Shown here piece by piece: positions 29,221 through 40,434 of a stretch of 64,000 nt of DNA; within the stretch, counting starts at the first letter, position 1, and every line of letters begins with the position of its first letter. The position numbers and the translations under genes are program-made. The notes under the pieces were generated by a model, which worked only from the letters and a program-made list of their open reading frames with translations, was not told where the DNA came from and did no database searches. Origin of the DNA: an uncultured bacterium (GTDB lineage Bacteria > Zixibacteria > MSB-5A5 > JAABVY01 > JAHJOQ01); contig CBDUQR010000001.1 of assembly GCA_965369655.1 (NCBI GenBank), positions 128,001 through 192,000 of the forward strand, read 5' to 3'.

Positions 29221-29835
29221 CTACGTCCCCCACGGATAGTAGTACCGCTCGATGCAATGGATGCCCGATGTTGCGGTCGTCAGGTCGACTTCAAACTGTA
29301 GCGTGTCTTCGTCCGGCCAGATATACGGCTCGATCACTTTGATCGTATACACAGCCGGAGGAAGATTCGATATCTGGTAGACGATGTCAAACAGGCAATT
29401 GCAATAACATCCGCCCATGTAGAGAGAGTCGATCTCCTCAATGATGATAAGATTCTCCTCGACCGTGAACTCAGCAACGAACACCGGGCAACAGTTCAGA
29501 CCGGCGTTGATGTGTGTGATGTCGAGGACCGACTCACCGTCGTAGGTATAATCGATGCAATCGAGAGTGGTCGGAAAAGTGTCGGGCTCCACGCCTTTCA
29601 TGTACTTGCACTCACCGCCGCCGATAACTACACCTGACGGTTGCGACGGATCACACGGCGCAGGACCGCCACCGAATATGTACGTGATCAGGTACACGAC
29701 ATCATCGATGTCGACAATACCCGAGCAATCCGGATCGCCAGTCGAATAGCTGTCTCCACTGGCCGTAACGGCCAGCACAGCGAATACAGTAACAAGACAA
29801 ACCGCAACTCGACACAGTCTTTCTATCTGGATCAT
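29221..29835 (-). CDS. Secreted Cys-rich protein with a single dockerin-like repeat (copy 2, tandem paralogue)
   Basis: Collinear and highly similar to 28507-29124; start moved to ATG 29835 (MIQIERL) with GGAGG RBS. Confidence 0.85.
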   Translation of the reverse strand: MIQIERLCRVAVCLVTVFAVLAVTASGDSYSTGDPDCSGIVDIDDVVYLITYIFGGGPAPCDPSQPSGVVIGGGECKYMKGVEPDTFPTTLDCIDYTYDGESVLDITHINAGLNCCPVFVAEFTVEENLIIIEEIDSLYMGGCYCNCLFDIVYQISNLPPAVYTIKVIEPYIWPDEDTLQFEVDLTTATSGIHCIERYYYPWGT

Positions 29836-29940
29836 CTCAGACCTCCATGTTTCTGGAACTGCAATTAAGCTACAATAAATGGATCGATTTGTCAATATGA
29901 AAAATGTGTGCTGAGATCAGATTGAAAGGCGTAATCTCAC

Positions 29941-30807
29941 TTATGCAGTAATGAACAAATCGGCGAATGACTGACCGACATCTCCGAACGCCATGAGAAC
30001 TGCACCCACTATCAGCAGCAGGACAATCGCTAACTTTATCAGGTCCTGTCCTTTGAGACTTCCGAGAAGGAGCGGTTCGCGCGAGAGGTATGCTGATGCG
30101 GCGTAAAGCTCTTCCCCCATGATCGTGTAGTCACAGGAAGCTATGAAGAACGGGAGTTGCTCCGGGTTCGCGGTGCCGGCGATCTGGATTGCACCGGTGG
30201 CGTTGCCGGTTTCCGCAAGCAGTAACGATTCAGCAAAGAACGATCCCATAAAGATATTCGCGGCAGGCCTGTCCCGCATCATAATGCCGCTGATCGCAGC
30301 GGCGAATGCAAACTGTTCGCCCGCTATGTAGCGGACCATATCCTCTTTGTAGGAGTCGGACTTGCCCGCATTTATGTATGCCTGCTTGACGATTTCCTGC
30401 CCTGCCGCAAACGCCAGCGGATAAAGAATCGGCACAAGCAACGGCGTGTCATATTCAGCCGTAACTGTCGCAACTCGGTCCAGGATCGACAGACCGGCTA
30501 TCGTCTGAATGTCATCAAGGTCCTGAATCCCCGGCACGAAGAGAATCGATCTGCCCATCTCGGTCGCCCTGCCGACAGCCTCATCGACAGCGTCGAGCCC
30601 CGGCAGTTTTCGGATGAACAAGTTCGAGTCTTTCCTCGCCCGACTGATATAAAAGAGCACCGACGCGGAAAAAACGAGTACCAGGACAAGAGCATTTGTC
30701 CTATCCAGCCTGAAAATACTCGCGCTGTCGCCGAGAGCAACCTGCGCTGCAGCCGCGACAATGGCCAGAACCGCAAAGAGAATCGCTACAAGACGAGAGA
30801 CTGTCAC
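29941..30807 (-). CDS. Conserved membrane protein (DUF6754-like)
   Basis: IRKLPGLDAVDEAVGRATEMGR, FFAESLLLAETG, GAIQIAGT, IMGEELYAASAYL. Confidence 0.7.
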   Translation of the reverse strand: MTVSRLVAILFAVLAIVAAAAQVALGDSASIFRLDRTNALVLVLVFSASVLFYISRARKDSNLFIRKLPGLDAVDEAVGRATEMGRSILFVPGIQDLDDIQTIAGLSILDRVATVTAEYDTPLLVPILYPLAFAAGQEIVKQAYINAGKSDSYKEDMVRYIAGEQFAFAAAISGIMMRDRPAANIFMGSFFAESLLLAETGNATGAIQIAGTANPEQLPFFIASCDYTIMGEELYAASAYLSREPLLLGSLKGQDLIKLAIVLLLIVGAVLMAFGDVGQSFADLFITA

Positions 30808-31865
30808 GCTTTCTCCAGTTCGCTCTTGAGATAGTCGATAACTTTCACCGGCGACGGGTCGGTTTCGTTGAGCATCGCAAGATAGAAACTCGCAAAATCT
30901 CCGAGCTGGATCAGCGAGATCATTCTGGAAAGCAGGTTGCCTCCGTCTGAGACAAGCTCGGCGACTTCGATATTTCTATCCTTCAGCCATCGCGCAACGA
31001 TCGTCATCCTCGCCGACACACGCGGATGGTCGTCGCCGTCACTCAAGATCACCACAGCGAGCCGATCCGCAAAGGGCTTGTATATCTCCCAGCCTACGAG
31101 TTCGTTATGATTGAACTCGGGAAACACGTTGGCAAAAGCGAGTTGTTTTGAATTTTCGCAGATTTGTCCTTTGAACCTGACCGCCACGGCATCAAAATGA
31201 TCCGGTCCTGCATAAATGATCGGTATCCTGCCGTGCATTGCCTGAGCCAGCCTGGCAGCCGCGTTGCCTGGTGAATCGATCGAATAAGATTCGGTCCGCT
31301 GGCGAGCGGAATCAGCCGCATCATCGAGATCATCGGCGCTGCCGGGGACGAAGCCGAGCCGGGACATCAGCACAAGAAGCGGGACGAAAGAATACGCGAG
31401 CGCCGCCCGGGGCATCATCCCTCCCGGAATCTTGATAATGGTCCAGTCATTCTCCGCAGCCATCTCCGCGAGCCTGCCGCCTGTTGTAATGCAGATGACT
31501 TTCGCGCCGAGCCGGGCAGCGTGAGACATCGCCGAAAGCGTCTCTTCTGTATTGCCCGAATAGCTTGATCCGATTATGAGGCTCTTGTCGGATACTAAAG
31601 ACGGAAGCGTGTAGTGGCGGCATATCGTAAACGATACCGTCAGTTTGTCGGCAACATAGCTTCTGACCAGGTCCGCACCGATGGCTGACCCGCCCATGCC
31701 GCATACGACAATATCCGAAACATCGTCGGCTGACAAGTCCGGCAGCAAAGCCGAAGTCGCTATCTTCTTTGCATCGATAAGATGACCCGGAAAACCCGTG
31801 ATATCTTCATACATCCCATCCGGATCGAACTGCTTCTGCTTCTCTTTCCAGAACTCGATATCCAT
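30804..31865 (-). CDS. Bifunctional phosphoglucose/phosphomannose isomerase
   Basis: CGMGGSAIG, SSYSGNTEET, PRAAL, QICENSK, FPEFNHNE. Confidence 0.93.
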   Translation of the reverse strand: MDIEFWKEKQKQFDPDGMYEDITGFPGHLIDAKKIATSALLPDLSADDVSDIVVCGMGGSAIGADLVRSYVADKLTVSFTICRHYTLPSLVSDKSLIIGSSYSGNTEETLSAMSHAARLGAKVICITTGGRLAEMAAENDWTIIKIPGGMMPRAALAYSFVPLLVLMSRLGFVPGSADDLDDAADSARQRTESYSIDSPGNAAARLAQAMHGRIPIIYAGPDHFDAVAVRFKGQICENSKQLAFANVFPEFNHNELVGWEIYKPFADRLAVVILSDGDDHPRVSARMTIVARWLKDRNIEVAELVSDGGNLLSRMISLIQLGDFASFYLAMLNETDPSPVKVIDYLKSELEKA

Positions 31866-31866
31866 T

Positions 31867-33651
31867 CTATCTACCTTTCACCGGCTTTTTGAATTGCCTG
31901 TGGTAATCATCGGCAAGTAGTTGCTCAATGCTCGCGGAACTCTGCATGTACAACACCTCTTGCGCGAACCTTTTCGCTTCACTGTAATCGATTTGAGAAA
32001 TGATCTCCTTTATTGCGTGGATCGATCTCGGACTGGTCGAAAGAGAATCGACACCAAGCCCGACCAGCAACTTCGCGGCTCTCGCATCACTGGCCAGCTC
32101 TCCGCAGATGTTGACGGGGATATTGCTTTCATGCCCCGCTTCGATTGTCTGCGCGATGAAACGCAAAACGGCGGGATGGTACTGCCTGTACCATTTGGCG
32201 ACCCTCGCATTTCCCCTGTCTACGGCAAGCGTGTATTGAATCAGATCGTTTGTGCCGATTGAAAAGAAATCAACTTCGAGCGCAAGCCTGTGTGCAATCA
32301 TCACCGCAGACGGTATCTCGATCATGATGCCGAGCGGGACATCTTCATCGAAGGGAATCCTGTCTTTTCGCAGGTTGCGCTTGACGTTGGCAAATATCCG
32401 CTTCGCTCTTACTATCTGCTCAACACAGCAAATCATGGGGAACATTATCTGTACTTTGCCGAACGCGGAGGCGCGCAGCATCGCCCGCAATTGCGTCCTG
32501 AATATCTTCGGAACATCGAGAGAGAATCTTATCGCGCGCCACCCTAATGCTGGGTTTGCCTCTCCCTCGTTCTTGAAATGCTCGGTGAATTTATCTCCGC
32601 CGAGATCGAAAGTACGCAGAGTCACTGTCAGGGGGCTGAACTGTTTGGCGATACTTGAGTAAACCTCGAATTGTTCCTCTTCGTCCGGAAAGTCGGAGGA
32701 TTTCAGGTAGAGAAATTCGGTCCGGTACAGCCCGACACCGATGCCCTCGTCGACCAGTTTCTGATCGAAGGGCGTCGGCATCTCGAGATTCGCGGAGACT
32801 TCGACGAAATGCCCATCGAGTGTTTTGGACGGAAGCTTTCCGATCGCTTCGAATTGCCTCTTATCTCTTCTCTTCTGGGCTGCGACACGCTTCCTGAACT
32901 TTTTCCATTCCTCCGGAGTGGGCGCAACAACAACTTCTCCCGCACGCCCATCGATAGTGACATTCTGAGCAGCTTTGACTCTGTTGAGGCAGTCTTTGAC
33001 TCCGACGACCGCGGGGATGCCGAGCGCTTTGGCAATCAGCACCATGTGTGATGTCGGTCCGCCGTTCTCCGTGACGAAACCAACCATGTTGGACTTGCGC
33101 ATGTTCATGATCTCGTCGGGCGAAAAGATCGATGCGAAGCCAATCAGCGGGGTTCTGCTGCGATGCTGACCGCTGTCATCGATACCAGACAGATTATGCA
33201 GCAGGCGCGCAGCAACCGAGTTTACATCGGAGACCATCTCCCGTATATACTCGTCCTTCGAGCGAGACAGTGCTCTGATCGTTTTGCTGGCTTCCTGCTG
33301 GAAAGCATATTCGACATTCTGGAGATTTGCGATGACCGATTGTCTTACGCTCGATATGAAATCCTCATCCTCAAGGATCATCATCTGCGCATCGAAAATC
33401 CTTGACAGATCGGCGCCGACAGACTTGCGCGCTTCCCTGCGCAAAGCTTCAAGCCCCTTCTTACTCCTGGCGATAGCCGTGTCGAGTCGAGCGGTCTCGC
33501 TCTTGACCTGTCTACTCTGTATGCGCTGGGAAGTGACCCGCCCCAGCTTCTCATAGTGGACAAGAGCTGCGCCGCATGTCAGCCCCGGCGACGCGCCGAT
33601 CCCGCGGAGAACAAAAGTGTCGAATTCCTCCTTCAAATCAGTCTTCTCCAA
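31867..33651 (-). CDS. ptsI: Phosphoenolpyruvate--protein phosphotransferase (PTS enzyme I)
   Basis: GGPTSH phospho-His, GLYRTEF, RTFDLGGDK, NPALGWRAIR, SIGTNDLIQY, ICGE; start approximate. Confidence 0.95.
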   Translation of the reverse strand: MEKTDLKEEFDTFVLRGIGASPGLTCGAALVHYEKLGRVTSQRIQSRQVKSETARLDTAIARSKKGLEALRREARKSVGADLSRIFDAQMMILEDEDFISSVRQSVIANLQNVEYAFQQEASKTIRALSRSKDEYIREMVSDVNSVAARLLHNLSGIDDSGQHRSRTPLIGFASIFSPDEIMNMRKSNMVGFVTENGGPTSHMVLIAKALGIPAVVGVKDCLNRVKAAQNVTIDGRAGEVVVAPTPEEWKKFRKRVAAQKRRDKRQFEAIGKLPSKTLDGHFVEVSANLEMPTPFDQKLVDEGIGVGLYRTEFLYLKSSDFPDEEEQFEVYSSIAKQFSPLTVTLRTFDLGGDKFTEHFKNEGEANPALGWRAIRFSLDVPKIFRTQLRAMLRASAFGKVQIMFPMICCVEQIVRAKRIFANVKRNLRKDRIPFDEDVPLGIMIEIPSAVMIAHRLALEVDFFSIGTNDLIQYTLAVDRGNARVAKWYRQYHPAVLRFIAQTIEAGHESNIPVNICGELASDARAAKLLVGLGVDSLSTSPRSIHAIKEIISQIDYSEAKRFAQEVLYMQSSASIEQLLADDYHRQFKKPVKGR

Positions 33652-33904
33652 ACTTGCTTGCGAACACTTTCTCGATTGCGTCGATGGCTTCCTTTTCATC
33701 CGGACCATCGGCTCTGACCAGAAGCTCGGCGCCCCTCTCGGCCGCCAGCATCATCACTCCCATGATACTCTTGGCGTTGATTGTGAGTTCATTCCGTGAA
33801 ATCAGGACCTCCGATTCAAACATCGAGATCGTCTGAACGAGCTGAGCCGATGGGCGAGCGTGCAAGCCGAGCTCATTTATGACCCTTATCTTTTTCTCTA
33901 CCAA
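33638..33904 (-). CDS. ptsH: Phosphocarrier protein HPr
   Basis: GLHARP and NAKSIMGVM. Confidence 0.97.
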   Translation of the reverse strand: MVEKKIRVINELGLHARPSAQLVQTISMFESEVLISRNELTINAKSIMGVMMLAAERGAELLVRADGPDEKEAIDAIEKVFASKFGED

Positions 33905-33909
33905 ACTAT

Positions 33910-35028
33910 CTATCCATTATAAGGCGTGATGTTGAGTTTCACAAACTTTTTTCCCGGGACCTGCCTGACAGCACCCTTCAGTTCCATATCGAGAAGTATC
34001 CCAAGCAGTTCAGGCACTCCAATCGATGTCATTCGGGCCAACTGGTCAACATGAAGCGGATCGTCACTCATAACCTCAAAGACCTGAATCTGCCTTGAAT
34101 TCATGGAGACCCTCAGAGGCTCCACAGCATGCCTTTCGCCCGGCAGCAGAAACTCCAACTCCGAGAGCACATCATCGGCAGAAGTCACCAGGCGCGCACC
34201 CTGTTTGATCAGGCTGTTTGTCCCGGAACTCGTAATCGACGTCGTATTCCCCGGTACTGCAAAGACCTCCCTGTTCTGATCGAGCGCGTGACGAGCTGTC
34301 AGCAGTGCTCCTGATTTCCTGCCGGCTTCCACTATCACGACTCCGAGCGACAGCCCGGAAATGATCCTGTTCCTTCGGGGGAAGTTCGGGCCATCGGGCG
34401 GCGTGCCGCACGGCAGTTCCGTGATCACCGCGCCGTGATCCGGGATATCCCTGTACAGAGTCGTGTTCTCGGGCGGGTATACGATGTCGAGTCCGCAGCC
34501 GAGAACCGCAATTGTCCTTCCCGAAGCCCCCAGCGCAGCCTTGTGCGCTATCGAGTCGATTCCTCGTGCCATGCCGGATACGACTGTGACTCCCGACGAT
34601 GCCAGCCCGCAGGCGACCTGCTCCGCCATTCTCCTTCCGTAATGCGACGCAGCCCGAGAGCCTACAACGGCGACCGCGGGTTTGTCCGGGTCGGAAAGCT
34701 TTCCTCTCACAAAAAGCAGGTGCGGCGGATCATAGATGTGTCTCAGTATCGAAGGGTATTCCGGACAATTGATCGAGACAAGATTGAATTTCTTCTTGCG
34801 ACATATCTCCAGTTGTTCGTTCGCAAACTCCAGATCGGGACCGCCAAGAATTGATCTGGCAACCTTTGGTCCGACATCATCGACAGACCTCAACTCAGAC
34901 TCGCGCGCAGCGAACACCCCGTTCGGACTGCCGAACTTCTCCAGAAGCCTCTTGATGAGTACCGGCCCGATATGCTTCACCCTGCCGAGAGCGATCCAGA
35001 TCAGGCTGTCGTCGTTCAGTTCAATCAT
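33910..35028 (-). CDS. dprA: DNA-processing protein DprA
   Basis: AVVGSR, VSGMARGID, FPRRNRIISG, EAGRKSGALLT, C-terminal wHTH. Confidence 0.96.
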   Translation of the reverse strand: MIELNDDSLIWIALGRVKHIGPVLIKRLLEKFGSPNGVFAARESELRSVDDVGPKVARSILGGPDLEFANEQLEICRKKKFNLVSINCPEYPSILRHIYDPPHLLFVRGKLSDPDKPAVAVVGSRAASHYGRRMAEQVACGLASSGVTVVSGMARGIDSIAHKAALGASGRTIAVLGCGLDIVYPPENTTLYRDIPDHGAVITELPCGTPPDGPNFPRRNRIISGLSLGVVIVEAGRKSGALLTARHALDQNREVFAVPGNTTSITSSGTNSLIKQGARLVTSADDVLSELEFLLPGERHAVEPLRVSMNSRQIQVFEVMSDDPLHVDQLARMTSIGVPELLGILLDMELKGAVRQVPGKKFVKLNITPYNG

Positions 35029-36004
35029 TGAGATTGAGTTTCTCTCCGAGTACCTGTTTCAATCTGTCGATGCCATCGCCGGTCACACCGCTCGTCGGCA
35101 CACATTCAGCTCCGAGAGCATCAATGAGTTGATCTATTCTCTCTGCGTCCATCAGATCAATCTTGTTCAGCGCAATCACGTAAGTGCGTTCGTTGAGCGT
35201 CCAGTCGAATTCGGCCAGCTCCTTTTGCAGAAGGCCGAGACTGTCTACCGGATTATCATCGGTACCATCTATCACAAACAACAGCACTCTGGTTCGCATT
35301 ATATGCCTGAGGAAATCCAACCCGAGTCCCTTGCCGTGACTCGCACCCTCGATAATCCCGGGTATATCCGCCATCCTGAACTGATCGAAATTATCGAGGT
35401 TGACCACCCCGATGTTCGGTGTCAGCGTCGTGAACGGATAATCGGCGATCTTGGGCCTTGCGTCGGATACCGCGGCGAGTATCGTCGATTTCCCGGCGTT
35501 GGGATACCCGACAAGTCCGACATCGCCGATCAGCCTGAGTTCGAGAAGCAGCTTCCGTCTCTCGCCCGGCTTGCCGGATGTAGCTTTTCTCGGAGTCTGG
35601 TTCGTAGCCGATTTGAAATGCACATTCCCGAGTCCGCCCCGTCCGCCCTGTACGGCAACAAACTGCTGCCCGTGAGTGACCATGTCGCAGAGAAGAGTGT
35701 CCCGATCATCGGTGTCGAAAATCGCAGTGCCCGGGGGCACCCTCACGACCACAGACTCGCCACCCTTGCCGGATTTCTGGCCGCCCGAACCGTCGGCTCC
35801 GCGCTCTGCCTTGTACTTTCGACGATATTTCAGGTCCATCAGCGTCATCAGATTCTCATCGACCTTGAATATAACATCTCCGCCCCTGCCGCCGTCGCCG
35901 CCATTCGGTCCGCCCTTGGCGATATTCTTCTGACGATGGAATGAGACGATGCCATTGCCGCCGTTTCCGGCCTGAACTTCGATTTCGACCAGGTCAACAA
36001 ACAT
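35021..36004 (-). CDS. obgE: GTPase ObgE
   Basis: MFVD, Gly-rich Obg domain, GYPNAGKST, YPFTT, DIPG, NKID. Confidence 0.97.
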   Translation of the reverse strand: MFVDLVEIEVQAGNGGNGIVSFHRQKNIAKGGPNGGDGGRGGDVIFKVDENLMTLMDLKYRRKYKAERGADGSGGQKSGKGGESVVVRVPPGTAIFDTDDRDTLLCDMVTHGQQFVAVQGGRGGLGNVHFKSATNQTPRKATSGKPGERRKLLLELRLIGDVGLVGYPNAGKSTILAAVSDARPKIADYPFTTLTPNIGVVNLDNFDQFRMADIPGIIEGASHGKGLGLDFLRHIMRTRVLLFVIDGTDDNPVDSLGLLQKELAEFDWTLNERTYVIALNKIDLMDAERIDQLIDALGAECVPTSGVTGDGIDRLKQVLGEKLNLND

Positions 36005-36013
36005 CTATTGAGA

Positions 36014-36775
36014 TCACTTCTGGAGGATTTTCAGAAGAGTTTCCTTGAGGTTGAGCTTTTCGAGATCCCTCTTGAGAATGCCGCGCGACGCGCATGAAAT
36101 CGCACCGCTTTCTTCAGACACCACAAGGCAGATTGCATCGGATTCCTCCGTTATGCCGATAGCCGCCTTATGTCTCATGCCGAACAACTGGTCATACCTC
36201 GGATTTTGCGTCAGAGGGAGCACGCATGCCGCTGCGATGACTTCGTCCCCGCTTACGACGACCGCGCCATCGTGAAGCGGAGTGTACGGGGTGAATATGG
36301 TTGTCAACAGGTCCGCTGAAAGCTTAGCATCTATCGATCTCCCTGTCTCGATTATGTTTCTCAATCCAACTCCTCGCTGAATCACCACAAGCGCTCCGTA
36401 TCGCAGTTCGGCTAAGCGAATCACGCCTTTTACCAGTTCGTCGAGAGCCTTGTGTGTCTCGTAGCGAAACATGTGCCTGACGAAACGCGAGTGACCGATC
36501 TGCGCGAGGGCGCCCCGTATCTCCGGCTGAAACACGATCACGAGCACGATAAATCCGACTGTGGCAAGATTAGTAAAGAGCCATTTGATCCCTTCGAGCT
36601 GGAACCAGTACGAGAGAAACGCGATGATAAGCAGGAATGTCAGGCCCGACACTATCTGAGCCGATCGTGTACCACGTAGCAACATCAGTATCTTGTAAAT
36701 GATGTAGCTGACCAAGGCGACATCTATGACATCGAGCAGAGTAAACCTGAGAAATTCGTAGTGAAAGAGTTCCAT
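36014..36775 (-). CDS. cdaA: Diadenylate cyclase CdaA
   Basis: Three TM helices, FQPEIR, PLHDGA, GMRHKAA, VVSEESG. Confidence 0.93.
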   Translation of the reverse strand: MELFHYEFLRFTLLDVIDVALVSYIIYKILMLLRGTRSAQIVSGLTFLLIIAFLSYWFQLEGIKWLFTNLATVGFIVLVIVFQPEIRGALAQIGHSRFVRHMFRYETHKALDELVKGVIRLAELRYGALVVIQRGVGLRNIIETGRSIDAKLSADLLTTIFTPYTPLHDGAVVVSGDEVIAAACVLPLTQNPRYDQLFGMRHKAAIGITEESDAICLVVSEESGAISCASRGILKRDLEKLNLKETLLKILQK

Positions 36776-36855
36776 GACAACCTTTCAGTAGTGACCAATA
36801 ATAAGACCTTTAATTGCTATTCGCAAGAACAATGGACTCTGCCGGTCTCAGATCG

Positions 36856-37833
36856 CTACCGACCGAGCAAAGACCGCAGAATATAGCGAGGTTTCCAGCG
36901 AGCTGCGCCGGAACTGTAAGGAAGATCGCACTTCGCGCAGGCGACATTCAGATCCGGATGACCATCCAGCAGGTTTTGCCTGAACCGGCGGTAAGTATCA
37001 CCATTCCAAACCTCCATGACAGTCTGCTTGAACAGATTACCGAACACACTCCGGGCCGCCGTGTCGCGACAGCATGCAACGCAGTCACCACTATGTGTTA
37101 CTGCCATTTGCGTCCAGGGATACGGACATAGGCGATAATCGCTATCGTGGATAACTTCGCCGAGATGGCCGCAGAAATTGTGGAACTCGCGCGAGGAAAA
37201 CCTGATACGTTTCGGCAGATCATCCGGGAACATCTCTCTCAGCGCCTGAAGAGACTCCTCCGGATCGCCGCCCGCAAACGGTGTCACATCGTGGATGTCG
37301 AGATGAACATGCCTGTTGTTGCGCGAAAGCTCGGCGATATAGCTGAGGTTTCGATAGACAGTCTCGAAGTCGCCATTTTCTCCTCGAATCTGTTTGAATA
37401 TTCTCGCATCTGATGCGAAATCTATCGAAGCGCGAAATGGTCCGGCCTCAACCAGTCGGTCTGCCATATCCAAGTCGATCAGCGTGCCATTCGAAGCGAA
37501 CACCGGAAAGCGTCCTGATTGGATCGTCAGTTCCACCAGATCGAGAAACTTGTTATTCATGAATGGTTCGCCATCGAGCGTAAGATTCAGGTTCCGATTG
37601 CTCGATCCGCTCTCGTCGATACGTTTGAGAATGATTCTGAAATCATCGGGAGACATTCGCCCGACTGGTCGCAATGCCCTGTGCTTCGGATCACTCTGAG
37701 GACAGAAGACACACCTGAGATTGCAGGCATTAGTCGGCTCGACCGTGAACTGGTACGGCGGGTATGACAGCCTCTTCGATCGAGCGATCTTGTAAGACCA
37801 GGCGAGTCGTATAAGATGAATCGGTTTCAGCAC
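36856..37833 (-). CDS. Radical SAM protein with SPASM/twitch domain
   Basis: CNLRCVFC; C-terminal CPYPW..CVACC..CAKC. Confidence 0.9.
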   Translation of the reverse strand: MLKPIHLIRLAWSYKIARSKRLSYPPYQFTVEPTNACNLRCVFCPQSDPKHRALRPVGRMSPDDFRIILKRIDESGSSNRNLNLTLDGEPFMNNKFLDLVELTIQSGRFPVFASNGTLIDLDMADRLVEAGPFRASIDFASDARIFKQIRGENGDFETVYRNLSYIAELSRNNRHVHLDIHDVTPFAGGDPEESLQALREMFPDDLPKRIRFSSREFHNFCGHLGEVIHDSDYRLCPYPWTQMAVTHSGDCVACCRDTAARSVFGNLFKQTVMEVWNGDTYRRFRQNLLDGHPDLNVACAKCDLPYSSGAARWKPRYILRSLLGR

Positions 37834-37880
37834 TTGAACCTTACACCATATAGCATGTTGAGAAACTCTTTAGTAGTAAC

Positions 37881-38106
37881 CGTCGTCATCCCGCGTCCCG
37901 CGGGACGCTGTGATCTCAATTCGTCATCCTGCACGCACATCGCGTTCGTCACCCCTGCGGAGGCAGGGGTCTAGGCAAGTTTTTCAAGTCCGTAACCTCT
38001 ACGCATTCTGAATCTGGTTCTGGATTCCTGCCTGCGCAGGAATGACGAGGACTGCTGGCTCGCATATGCGAGATTGCCGCGCTCCCTTCGGTCACTCGCA
38101 ATGACA
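37881..38106. repeat. Composite repeat: element B (37937-38050) between reversed arms of element A
   Basis: 38070-38106 is the reverse complement of the element A left arm; 37882-37918 is a degenerate second arm; element B lies between them. Confidence 0.75.
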
Positions 38107-38229
38107 GCGATTTGCGCTAGCTGCATGATATTCCGCCTTAGTGATTATTGTCAACATGCCTCATAGGTGTTATCATACTCAACATGTAAGCAGATAAGCA
38201 ATGAAGATTCAACTATTATTACACAAAGC

Positions 38230-38261
38230 AAAACCCCCACCGCATTCGGCAGGGGCTTTTT
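38230..38261 (-). terminator. Probable terminator downstream of groEL
   Basis: Imperfect GC stem (CCCC...GGGG) flanked by A and T runs. Confidence 0.55.
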
Positions 38262-38285
38262 CTGCATAGGAGAGATGCAAAGAAA

Positions 38286-39941
<1,656 letters not shown>

Positions 39942-40229
39942 CTACTTCAGGATAGCCAGGACATCGCTCTCGCGCATGATCAAATAGTCCTGATCGTCGA
40001 TTGTTACCTCGGTACCGGAATACTTACCGTAAAGAATCTTGTCGCCGATCTTGACTTCGAGATCGACCCTCTTGCCGGCATCATCGAGCCGGCCCGGACC
40101 GGCCGCCATGATTTCACCCTGCACCGGCTTTTCCTTTGCCGTGTCGGGGATAATGATACCGCTCTTCTTGACTTCTTCCTGCTCAAGCGGCTTCACCACA
40201 ACGCGATCTGCCAACGGCTTAATGTTCAT
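39942..40229 (-). CDS. groS: Co-chaperonin GroES
   Basis: [27 protein letters not shown]. Confidence 0.99.
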   Translation of the reverse strand: MNIKPLADRVVVKPLEQEEVKKSGIIIPDTAKEKPVQGEIMAAGPGRLDDAGKRVDLEVKIGDKILYGKYSGTEVTIDDQDYLIMRESDVLAILK

Positions 40230-40284
40230 CCGAACATCCTCCTTATGATAAAAAATCCCTGCTTCAATGAGCTTATTACTCGTA

Positions 40285-40311
40285 TTAGCACTCGACTCTG
40301 ATGAGTGCTAA
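40285..40311. promoter_or_regulatory. CIRCE element (HrcA operator)
   Basis: Exact TTAGCACTC-N9-GAGTGCTAA upstream of groES; TTGACA-N16-TATATT on the minus strand at 40321-40348. Confidence 0.97.
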
Positions 40312-40434
40312 CAGCGCGCGAATATAAGTGTTCCACGTTTTTTGTCAAGTGGATTCTAAGAAAAATATCGAGTTCAGCGATAGATTTTCTGGCAACAATC
40401 GCGTTCTCGGCCTAATCCATTGCCTCAAAAGGCA

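Noticed and set aside
28507-29835. Tandem paralogues as a diversity-generating retroelement template/variable pair
   Set aside because: Differences are not limited to adenines (e.g. GAT vs TAC), both copies are whole genes, and no reverse transcriptase is in the window
25330-29940. Integron cassette array
   Set aside because: Genes are co-oriented and separated by hairpins, but I found no convincing attC core pairs (RYYYAAC...GTTRRRY) and no integrase
34736-35944. Long plus-strand ORF (402 aa), and similar ones at 22555-23796, 38565-39488 and 46624-47508
   Set aside because: Antisense shadows of well-supported minus-strand genes, with no recognisable motifs
36856-37833. Radical SAM/SPASM enzyme as maturase of the 24-aa peptide
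   Set aside because: About 17 kb away in a housekeeping operon, with no N-terminal RRE-like extension and no adjacent precursor ORF seen
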